Below, piece by piece: positions 27,913 through 38,594 of a stretch of DNA of 64,000 bases. The number at the start of each line of letters is the position of its first letter. Position 1 is the stretch's first letter. Both the position numbers and the translations under genes were made by a program. Source of the stretch: Octopus bimaculoides (lineage: Eukaryota). Location of the stretch: assembly GCF_001194135.2 (NCBI RefSeq), contig NC_068989.1:49261430-49325429 (forward strand), read 5' to 3'. The notes beneath the pieces are model-generated. The model did no database searches and was not told the origin of the DNA. It saw only the letters and a program-made list of their open reading frames with translations.

Positions 27913-28272
27913 TTATACACCCACAAATATACATACATATATTGTTTAAACATTTTCATTAAAGTCATACAAATTAAGTGAAGGGTGATAAATTTTCATG
28001 AGAGGAAAAATAACAAGAGAAAATAAATTCTATTTTAATCTATAATATTGATATATTAATTGATTTTAGAATTTTCAATTAACAAACATTACAAAAATTT
28101 ATGCACAGTAGAACACGTTCTTGAAAGTTAAAAAGAGTAAAGGAGAAGGGAGATTTTTCCAAAATACTTTTGTTACAAAATAGTTTTGGAAAAAACAATA
28201 TATGAATAAAAAGGAAGACAAAAAGGAGAACAGTGAAGTACAATGTCCTATATATAATATATGCCTATAGAA

Positions 28273-28723
28273 CAGAGGTTCTCTACCTTTTGTCCCTCAG
28301 CACACACTTTACCAAATGGAGCTTTAGAAATGCCCCCCCCCTTCTCATGTTTTACAAAAGAATAATAAATGAAAACAAACAGCAAATTATTTTAATCAAA
28401 CAGAAGCTAATTTTTTGCAGTGATTTATCATTCATATTTTATTATGCTATCCCATCCAACTTGTTTGTGTGAACTGGTGCCTTCTAAGTTAAATTTTTAT
28501 GGTGATCAAGAAGGCAAAATGAACTTCATCATCAGTTATTTTCTGTTCATTGGTAACACAATGTCCAACTCATTTTCTAATCTTGACAAAAATTTCATTT
28601 TGAAAATGTTTTTGAAATTTTTATTAGAAAATAAAATCCCAACCCCTCTGAACATACCCTCAGCACCCATTTGACATTTGATGCCCTCCAAGATGGCACT
28701 GTCACCAAGGTTAAAGACCACTA
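28273..28723. mobile_element. Non-autonomous hAT (Charlie-like) element
   Basis: Perfect 8-bp TSD CTATAGAA at 28265-72 and 28724-31; imperfect TIRs CAGAGGTTCTCTACCTT / AGGTTAAAGACCACTA. Confidence 0.8.
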
Positions 28724-29635
28724 CTATAGAATAATTATGAATCTGAGGATATGAAATCTGAAAAGTCCATAATGTAATTTTTACATGTTAGTTAAGAAAC
28801 CATGTAACATGCTTACAAAGCTGAATATATTTTTAACAGGAAAGTTATCAATTCAAAACTGGGATATGATAAATATAGGAGGAACATTAAATTTGATACA
28901 CTTTACTAAATATATTGAAAGGGGGTCATTTTTAATGAGTTCTTAACAGATTAAATTTGTTTTTTCATATGTAAAAATAAAAGATATAAAAACTATGAAT
29001 TAAAATTTTTAAAAATCACCCAGCCCAGGAATTTTATTTGAATGAAGTAACTGTACATTGAGAGAGCAAAGTAAGATTTCTGACCCAAGGAAAGACGATG
29101 TAAAACACAGTTGTCTTTCTTTGTTTTCTGTTTCTATCATGTTAACTCTGAATAGGGACTCTGCCTGACATGTTGGCTATTCCACTCTCCAAATGCAATT
29201 TTACTGTATTCTTTCTATCAGTTTTCTTAACAATACTAATCATGCTGATATAAACCACAATAAATTTCCTTGGTCATGAATTTGAACATAAATAAAGCCC
29301 TTAAGTTAAATCTAAATGCCATCTCAGTACCAAGCACTTTACTTATTACAAGACTACTTTGGTGACATCAGGGATTCCTATTTCACAATTAGGTGGGAAT
29401 CACTGGAAAGTTAAAAGCAGCATCTCTCATAGTACTTCTGACAACACACAAAGCTGTAAAAACTGCCACACCAAATGAACATAGAAAATGGACAGTTAGA
29501 GAAATTAACAATTTTAAAGTAATGTTTGTATGTCTTTTCAAAAAGAAGTATCTTATTTATCTGGTTCTTCATATCATTAAATTTAGGTATTATATGCCAC
29601 TAACTATCACTGATTCGTGTGCTTACTCATGCCAT

Positions 29636-29691
<56 letters not shown>

Positions 29692-29703
<12 letters not shown>

Positions 29704-29886
29704 TTTTGTGAAGGCTCGGAAGATAGGTAGTAGCAGGTCTGAAGGAATATTTAATATAAAGGATATGGGTTCTTTGTTTTGCTGCTTAAATAATCAAAAC
29801 CAGGAACCCACATGCCCCATATTAAATATTCCTTCAGACCTGCTACAACCTACCTGCCGAGCCTTCCCAAAAGTAAAAGAGAGAGA
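29692..29886. repeat. Imperfect inverted repeat, ~90-bp arms, 13-nt spacer (MITE-like)
   Basis: 29692-29781 pairs with 29795-29886; about 11 mismatches; core GTAGCAGGTCTGAAGGAATATTTAATAT perfectly paired. Confidence 0.9.
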
Positions 29887-29992
29887 CAGAAAAAAAGGAA
29901 AATGTCTCATGTATTTGAAAACTATGGAAATATTTTTTTTTAATATTTCATTTAATTTTTCTACAATTTAATTGTTTGTCATGCTTTACTCA

Positions 29993-30027
29993 AGTTGAAA
30001 AAGTTTCAAAGACTGAAACCAGTACTA
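29993..30027 (+). ncRNA. Minimal hammerhead-like core (U3-A8 variant), putative
   Basis: TTGAAAA-AGTT-TCAAA-GACT-GAAA-C-CA-G-TA. Confidence 0.4.
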
Positions 30028-30050
30028 AAATGTTCTTGTGATAAATATTT

Positions 30051-30085
30051 TAGTACCAGTTTCAGTCTTTGCGACTTCTTCAACT
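30051..30085 (-). ncRNA. Minimal hammerhead-like core, putative
   Basis: TTGAAGA-AGTC-GCAAA-GACT-GAAA-C-TG-G-TA on the minus strand. Confidence 0.45.
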
Positions 30086-31461
30086 TGAGTAAAGCATGAC
30101 AAACAATTAAATTGTGGAAGAATTAAATGAAATGTTCTTTTTAAATATTTCCATAGTTTTCAAATGCAATGGTTTGGCAGTATTGTTAGAATGTTAACCA
30201 GGATCATTAAATATCACATTAAATATCATGTTATTTCACTGATTCTTGAAAGGATAAAAGGCAAGGCTGACCTGGGCAAGATTTGATCTCAGTGTTGATA
30301 GCACGAACAATTACAGTGAATCGTGTTGTTCAATGCTCTAATAACACTGCCAATTTGCTGCTTTAAAAATAGGAGCTCATCTGGAATGAACATGAGATCA
30401 CTAGGGACCACTCAAATATATTTCCCTTCACACAGTCTCTGTGAAAGTTAGACTGATAGATTATTAGATACAGAATTATGAATTGAAAGCCTGGTAATTA
30501 TTGTGTTTTGTAGATAAATAGCTTAATTAAAAATAGATACACTCCTACCACACCTGCTCTTACAGTATATAATGAGCAATTATTTAAATAGCATTTAACT
30601 CACTAAGAAAGATGCAATATGAAAACACCACCAAACCAGGAAAAACATAACAGAGCTGCAAAAACTGCCAATAAAAATTAGTAAGACACATTACCTTAAG
30701 ATATGTTTGTGTAAAGTGTAACTATCCGTGTAAAAGTCTCAGGTTTGGTGGGAAGAAACAATGAAATCTGCCAGACAATATCATTAACAATTAAAGTTTA
30801 AACGACAGAATGTTAGTTCAACATATTCAAGTCTCTCCTGATCTGATCACTGCTCAGAAAGCGACTGAGTCACTATTCGAGTATATAAAGCTACTGACAG
30901 AAGTAAAATATTTGAATGTTTGATGCAAATAATAGTTCCCATTGCAAAAGGGTCTGGAGGAGTAATTCAAATGAACAGATAAAAGCAAATGAAATCTCAG
31001 GTGTCGTATTGTCAAACACTCAGTAAAAATATTTGTATTACTAACTAGAATACCTCCCACACTTTCTCCATTAACTGAATACATGAAACACATTCATCCA
31101 TTCACACATACTCTCCCTCTCTCTTTCTCTCCATCCCTCTCAAAAGCAGTGCATGTAGCTGAATTATATGGAGTTGAGACTGTTGATGGAACTGAAAAAT
31201 TATAAGTGATAATTATAAAATGATGACGATTATGCCGATGATGATGACAACAGCAACACCACAACTACCACCGCTGGTGATGATGACGACAATAAATAAT
31301 AATTATAACTATTGATTGCTTTCAGAAAATAATTTCTTTTAGAAATAGTGGTAATAATAATTCCTTCCACAGCATGTCACTTTGTAATTAAAGAAAACAA
31401 ATGAAAGAAAGTACACAATAAAAAAATAGGTAAGATTATTTATATGATCCTTTCACTCTAG

Positions 31462-31517
<56 letters not shown>

Positions 31518-31518
<1 letters not shown>

Positions 31519-31794
31519 GTGACAAAACAAACAAAAAGACCACGTGGTACAATACCGACAAGTTCCAGGGAGTAATGTTTGTGGACACCACGCCACACGG
31601 AGAACTGGCCCTCAGATTTCGAAAAATCCTCAAAAGTACCAAGTTGAGGATAAATGTTATAGAAAAACCAGGGAGATCCATTAGATCAATAATATGTAAA
31701 ACATATCCCTTCAGAAGAACAAGGTGTGTTGAGGAGAGTTGCATTATGTGCAAAAATAGTCCTGGTGCCAACTGCAAAGCCAGAAATGTAGTCT
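31518..31794 (+). mobile_element. Penelope-like element fragment (RT-thumb to GIY-YIG linker, probably Naiad-type), 5' end at (TAA)n, runs into gap
   Basis: WYNTDKFQGVMFVDTTPHGELALRFRKILK...NVIEKPG...YPF...C....C..C......C..RNVV Cys-rich linker typical of PLE ORFs just before GIY-YIG. Confidence 0.75.
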
Positions 31795-32696
31795 NNNNNN
31801 NNNNNNNNNNNNNNNNNNNNNNNNNNNNNNNNNNNNNNNNNNNNNNNNNNNNNNNNNNNNNNNNNNNNNNNNNNNNNNNNNNNNNNNNNNNNNNNNNNNN
31901 NNNNNNNNNNNNNNNNNNNNNNNNNNNNNNNNNNNNNNNNNNNNNNNNNNNNNNNNNNNNNNNNNNNNNNNNNNNNNNNNNNNNNNNNNNNNNNNNNNNN
32001 NNNNNNNNNNNNNNNNNNNNNNNNNNNNNNNNNNNNNNNNNNNNNNNNNNNNNNNNNNNNNNNNNNNNNNNNNNNNNNNNNNNNNNNNNNNNNNNNNNNN
32101 NNNNNNNNNNNNNNNNNNNNNNNNNNNNNNNNNNNNNNNNNNNNNNNNNNNNNNNNNNNNNNNNNNNNNNNNNNNNNNNNNNNNNNNNNNNNNNNNNNNN
32201 NNNNNNNNNNNNNNNNNNNNNNNNNNNNNNNNNNNNNNNNNNNNNNNNNNNNNNNNNNNNNNNNNNNNNNNNNNNNNNNNNNNNNNNNNNNNNNNNNNNN
32301 NNNNNNNNNNNNNNNNNNNNNNNNNNNNNNNNNNNNNNNNNNNNNNNNNNNNNNNNNNNNNNNNNNNNNNNNNNNNNNNNNNNNNNNNNNNNNNNNNNNN
32401 NNNNNNNNNNNNNNNNNNNNNNNNNNNNNNNNNNNNNNNNNNNNNNNNNNNNNNNNNNNNNNNNNNNNNNNNNNNNNNNNNNNNNNNNNNNNNNNNNNNN
32501 NNNNNNNNNNNNNNNNNNNNNNNNNNNNNNNNNNNNNNNNNNNNNNNNNNNNNNNNNNNNNNNNNNNNNNNNNNNNNNNNNNNNNNNNNNNNNNNNNNNN
32601 NNNNNNNNNNNNNNNNNNNNNNNNNNNNNNNNNNNNNNNNNNNNNNNNNNNNNNNNNNNNNNNNNNNNNNNNNNNNNNNNNNNNNNNNNNNNNNNN
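31795..32696. other. Assembly gap (others at 5123-5132, 13734-13876, 18256-18265, 19657-19879, 27418-27427, 45534-45806, 61753-61828)
   Basis: N runs. Confidence 1.
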
Positions 32697-32955
32697 GCTT
32701 ACCATCCCTACAGGAAGTGCAAAAAATCGTGTTAACTAGAACGAATCATGTACTGAGAAGAGCATTATCACTTTGAAAACAACATCCATTCATGAATTTT
32801 TTTTTTTTAATTTAATTTAATTTTGTTATTTTTTTAAATACATATTTTGCCTGTGAATTTGCGTGTGTAAATTGGGAATGCATACAATGAGTTTCTCTGC
32901 CCTAGGTGTACGGAAAACACTCGGCAAGAAATGGAAGAAAATTTGAAGAAAGAAG
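32697..32955 (+). mobile_element. Dong/R4-clade LINE extreme 3' end, subfamily C
   Basis: LPSLQEVQKIVLTRTNHVLRRALSL* aligns with the subfamily A C-terminus; 3' UTR shared with 19363-19426. Confidence 0.7.
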
Positions 32956-32988
32956 TAGAAAAAAAACAACATAATGATAATAATAATA

Positions 32989-33451
32989 CATGATATGAGC
33001 ACAAACTGCAGAGAGTGGTGAAGTAGGAGACCTGCAAAATCCTGTGGGATTTCCTAATCCAAACAGATCAGGTGCTACAGCAAAACAAACTGGACCTAGT
33101 GGTTGTGGAGGAGATGCACCATGTTGATGTTACAGGAAGGAAGGTGAAAAAAATAGATATATACAATTCTCTTAAGTATGAAATAGCCTGGCTATGAAAT
33201 GTGAAGGTGAAGATAATGCCAATTATTGTTGGGTCCTTGGGGACCGTATTTGAAGGCATCAAAAAGAACATAAAGGAAATTGGAACAGAATGCCCTGTAG
33301 AACTGCTACAAAAGGTTTACCTCCTTGACATGACCAGAATAGTCAAGTAAGTATTAGATAGTTGAAAAGAACAGACACCATGGTACTGTAGGCTGCAGGC
33401 AGCAAGCCCTCTATGCATGCAAGACTCCAGGAGTTTCAATAAAACCCGAGT
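32989..33451 (+). mobile_element. Dong/R4-clade LINE 3' fragment, subfamily B (decayed)
   Basis: *YEHKLQRVVK*ETCKILWDFLIQTDQVLQQNKLDLVVV...VKIMPIIVGSLG...LLQKVYLLDMTRIV; followed by (TAA)n. Confidence 0.8.
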
Positions 33452-33473
33452 TAATAATAATAATAATAATATA

Positions 33474-33524
<51 letters not shown>

Positions 33525-33525
<1 letters not shown>

Positions 33526-34072
33526 TTCACAGACACGACAGAGCTGGGACCTACATACACTGGAAGCTATGCCAACACTATGGAATAACAACAGAAAAAA
33601 GATGGTATAGACACACACCAGAAAAGGTCACAGAAAATGAGAAAGCAACCATACTCTGGGATATGCCAATACACTGAAATAGAAAAATTAAGGCCTATAG
33701 GCCAGACATAGTTGTCAGAGATCATGAAGGAAAAAAATGCTTTCTAATTAATGTATCAAAAGTAGCAGATGAGAACGTTTCTCTAAAAGAAATGGAAAAA
33801 CTTTCAAAATACAAAGACCTGGAAATAGAGGTAACTCAAATGTGGAATCTACAAACAGAAACAATTCCTATCATAGTAGGCGCCTTAGGTATGATAAAAA
33901 AATATCCAGACAAATATATAACAAAAACACCAGGACTTACAAATATATATAACATACAGAAAATTGCACTACTGGGCACTGCACACATCCTATGCAAAAC
34001 ACTTTCAATACAGTAACCATAAGAGCATCACAGCGAACTGTGCTTGGCAGTGAAGTGGAAGCACGCTATAAA
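33525..34072 (+). mobile_element. Dong/R4-clade LINE 3' fragment, subfamily A (frameshifted)
   Basis: HRHDRAGTYIHWKLCQHYG...WYRHTPEK...RPDIVV...EKLSKYKDLEIEVTQMWNL...GTAHILCKTLSIQ*. Confidence 0.9.
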
Positions 34073-34222
34073 GAAGAAGAAGAAGAAGAAGAAGAAGAAG
34101 AAGAAGAAGAAGAAGAAGAAGAAGAAGAAGAAGAAGAAGAAGAAGAAGAAGAAGAAGAAGAAGAAGAAGAAGAAGAAGAAGAAGAAGAAGAAGAAGAAGA
34201 AGAAGAAGAAGAAGAAGAAGAA
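34073..34222. repeat. Pure (GAA)50 tract
   Basis: Direct reading. Confidence 0.95.
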
Positions 34223-34239
34223 TTTCTATTATAGGCACT

Positions 34240-34565
34240 ACACTGGAAATATTGGGGAAGGGGTTGGTCAATTACATTGACCCCCAATGCTTGACTGGTA
34301 CTTATTTCACTGACCTCAAAAAGATGAAAGACAAAGTCAAATATAATAATAATTATTAATATTATTATAGTGGCAAGCTAGCAGAATCATTGGCTTGATA
34401 GCATTTTGTTTGTCTTTATACATTCTGAGTTTATATTCCACTGAGGTTGGCTTTGCCTGTCATCCTTTTCAGATCAATAAAATAAGTACCAATTGAACAC
34501 TGGAGTCAATGTAATAGACTTATTCCCTCCTCTGCAATTACTGGCCTTGCACCAAAATTTGAAAT
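34240..34565. mobile_element. Two family M SINE fragments (34240-34340 minus, 34371-34565 plus)
   Basis: Family M core on opposite strands. Confidence 0.7.
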
Positions 34566-36393
34566 CGTCGTCATCGTCATCGTTGTCATCATCATCATCA
34601 TTGTCATAATTAATTAAGTAACTAATTATTTCTCTCATCCTTACAAATTATGTGTTATATAAAATACTACCTGACTATTAATAGTCATCTATAGCTCAAA
34701 TCAAATTAGGATATCTCATTCTTTTAGACATTATGACCATGCTACATTACTCCATAATAATATACAAGTTACACAGAAAACATGCAATAAATATCTATGA
34801 GGAAATTTAGTACACCAGATTACACAAGACATTTATTAGTACATGTGTTATAGTTATGGTATACATACGCCATATCACTGAATGTTGTAGGAGACAATTA
34901 AATAAGATTACTATTGGGAAAATGAATCCAGCTATAAAACATTGCTTCAAAAAGAAACCATGGTGCCCAGATAGCTAATTACATTTTAACAGGAAAAACA
35001 GCCTCAAAACATGTATTAGATAGATCTTTTCTAATTTGAGAGAAAAGTAATAAGCATGCAATAATGAAGTGACTAGCATAATTCCTTTCAGAGAGTTGAG
35101 CAACAATTTTCACTCAGTTTGCTGACTACAAGAAATTCAATTCCTAACCACATCACTTTGGGTGCAATCTCAAAGATTGACACCAGAAGTAGCAGCCTTA
35201 TGTAAAGCCTTAAACCAAACAAAGCCCTGAGCTAAACAAAGCTTTGAACCAAACAAAGCCTTGACTGGATTTGGTAGATGGAAACTGAAAGAAGCCCAAT
35301 TTATGTGTGCATGTGTTTTTTTCTTATTTTGACACCCATCAATAGCAGTGAGTCATCAGAAAACATGTCCAGCCAAGAGGAAATAATACCTTGCTTGGAA
35401 ATAGATGAGGGCTGATAAAAAGAGGGCATCCAGCAATGAAAAACCTGCCTCAATGAATTCCATCTGACCTATGCAAGAAGGGATAATGATGATAATGTTG
35501 ATGATGCCTGTGTGTGCAGGGCTATCTTAACAACATTATAGGCTCTCAAACAAATCAATACTCTAGGTCCCCTAGACCCACAGAACTCCAGATAACAATG
35601 TCCAGTGTTACCATATCTTAAGACAGTGCTGTGCCTTTACTTAAATTTTTTGTTTTCTTTTTAGCATGAAGTGTAGTTATGCGGATGAAAAATTCAGAAT
35701 CAATGCATTATAAAGCATTTCTTCATTCATAAAGCAAACAAACTTAGCTAACCAAACACTATATGGTAATTTTAGAAAATGTATTTTCAGAAACCAAAAT
35801 ATGAGAAAAAATAAAAAATAAAAATGACAGTGATGATTATGGGAAGGTTGATGATGGTAACGATGAAGATGAAGATAATCAAACAAAGCAAAAAAAACTA
35901 TTTAAGAAGACTGACACTGGATATAAAAGTAAAAAGCATAAAAAATTCTCAAAAACATAGCACAAAATTTTTTTTCCCCTGCTTCTGAAGTTGACAAAAA
36001 TAAAACTATGCAATAGAGAGAAATAGAATCCAAGAAGTGATCCTTATAAAACTGAGAGCTGGATTATCTTAAAAATATCAGATTATATTTCCTCAGCAAA
36101 ACTAACAATATTTTTTTTTCCCCCAGTCATGTGATTGGTGTTGCTATTGTTGATGTTTATTTGCTGTAATTTCCTGAAAACTTTGGATTAGTTTGAATAG
36201 TTGACATGATGAAGCTCACTTACACTCAGAGAAAACAAGTCTAAAATAAGAAAGTAATATGTAACATAGCAGCAATGGATTAAAGTTTGTAAGAGAATAA
36301 ATATACAAAAGATATTTTTTTAATACAGACAGAATGAAACTTAATACATTAAAGAATATCTCAATTCCATCTTTCTACACTGCTTCAAAATAA

Positions 36394-36424
<31 letters not shown>

Positions 36425-36438
36425 TGCATGCATGCATG

Positions 36439-36524
<86 letters not shown>

Positions 36525-37829
36525 TGGTTTTCTGAAACCTAAGATGAGTAAAATTTCAATCGAGTAAATATAAATAAAAAAATAAAATAAAAATAATGAT
36601 TTCTTTATTTTCAATGACAGCATAACTATTGTTGCTGTTATTACAACAACAGCAGCAGCAAAAACAACAATGCATTAAAATTATAAAAACTAACACATAC
36701 AGACAAATATAGACTGAGTAAACTTATGAATTGTTTCACTTAAATAACTGAAAGTTTATGATTTACACAAAACACACTCACTCACAGAAGCCAAAACTGA
36801 TAACTCTCCACTGATAAAAATAATATTTATGATATAAAATACTGAGTGCATATATCTTATAGGTCAAAAGTCATTAATAAGAGCTGTATTTAATCTTCAT
36901 TCTTATTAATGTTTTGGCAATGAAACCTACAATTAAGGCAATGGAACTACTTTTATAAGATACATAAAGAATAAGAGTCTTATTCCAAAATTCTGTAAAA
37001 TCCTAACTGAATCTCAACAGATAATGATAAAAAGAAAGTATACCTATACACATAATGGTAAAGAGATTGGCTCTGTCTCCTTGTTAACAGAAAAATATGA
37101 ATTGACATGTGTCTCTCCTTTGGGAGACAACCTGTGGATATTTCATAAAGACTGTCACACTGAGCAGGCATAGTTATGGGTTTAACATAAAAATGCTCTT
37201 GTACATGTCTGTTCTATCACCACTATAGACTTCAAACAGTGGGTAGCAAGACAGTATTGTCTGCATGCCAGACAATATTGTTTTGGTCTCAAAAGACATA
37301 TTCATGTCTTCTAAATAACAAAACTAGTTAACTCCAAGATTGTAGCTGTATCTACTCTATAAAACCATTATCAAAGCTTTAAAATTATAATTACCATTAT
37401 TTCCATCCTTTCACCATAAAATTGTTCAAATCAGATACGGGAATATACAAGCTCAAAAAAAAAAAAACAGTATTTTCACCAGATACTGGATGATTGTTTT
37501 CCTGCAGTCTGAAAAAAACAGTTCTGCAATTTTTTGCTGAACAACCTGCATAAATGATTTGTTTATAATGACCAAATTGACAAGATGAATTGACCACAGG
37601 GCAATGAGAGATGAAGTGTTTGCTCAAGAACACAACACACTACCCAGTTTAGGAACTGAAACCACACTCTTGAAATCATGAGCACTGCATCCTAACCACA
37701 AGGCCATACACCATCGCTAGATAGTAGTAGTAATTCAAAATACGCAAACATAACTGTATCATCATCATCATCATTATTATTATTCAAGCAAATGACAATT
37801 CTGTGTTAGTTGGCACTCTACCTCGTGTT

Positions 37830-38150
37830 ATCCCTTTTGAGATATTCCTGAGGCAATTTCACAAAGTGCCAGTCAGTCAACATCATAATCTGTTACCAAA
37901 TCCATCACTATCTCAAAACTGTTTTACTCTCACTTCACTACCAGTTCATTATTAATGACTTGACTACACATCTTCCAATACATTGCAAAACTTCCTTACC
38001 TATCACACCTCAAACAATATGACTATACTCTGTAGAACTTCCTCAATCAATATAGATCTCAACTTAGTACACATTTATAAGCCACTTTGTTTTCAACTTC
38101 TGAAAAATTCTCCTTCTTTACTCCATTTGTCTTATCACCATGTAAACAGT
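37830..38150 (+). pseudogene. Heavily decayed CR1/L2-like RT remnant
   Basis: ...QFIINDL.THLPIH resembles LF.iyINDL of RT domain 4/5; multiple stops. Confidence 0.3.
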
Positions 38151-38594
38151 CATTGAGTGTAAAAATGTTTCTAATTATTAAAAGCCAACAAGATGACAGG
38201 TCTTGAGGCAGTGTTCTTCAAATTAGCTCCTACCCATAACAAATTCTTCAGAACTAACTCACTGTAAACACAGAAGAGTGTATTCCAAGCTGCTCACATC
38301 ATACCATGGATAACAGGCATTCATGTACATTTTATCACAAGCTTTTTTTTTTCTTCTTTTTTATGCTGTCATCCAAATTAACTGTTTGTTGCTTTGCTAT
38401 TTAACACACCTGAAAAGGATACAAAACTTACTAGAATAAAAAAAGGGACCATTTAACTTGTTCTTCCTGCATAATTCAGTTACAGAAAGAAAGCAGATAC
38501 ATCTGTAGAACACTTTGGTTTGTTGTAACGATCAGCATAGAAAATTTACAATATAAAGAGACCTGTATTTTCAAAAGTTCAATTTTATAACCTA

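Larger units (their letters stand above)
29910..30168. repeat. Imperfect inverted repeat, ~120-bp arms, 15-nt spacer
   Basis: 29910-30031 pairs with 30047-30168; 37-bp perfect core ACAATTTAATTGTTTGTCATGCTTTACTCAAGTTGAA. Confidence 0.9.

Noticed and set aside
29393-29971. 192-aa ORF, the longest ungapped ORF in the track
   Set aside because: It reads through a (CT)n tract and the inverted-repeat element; no protein-like signal.
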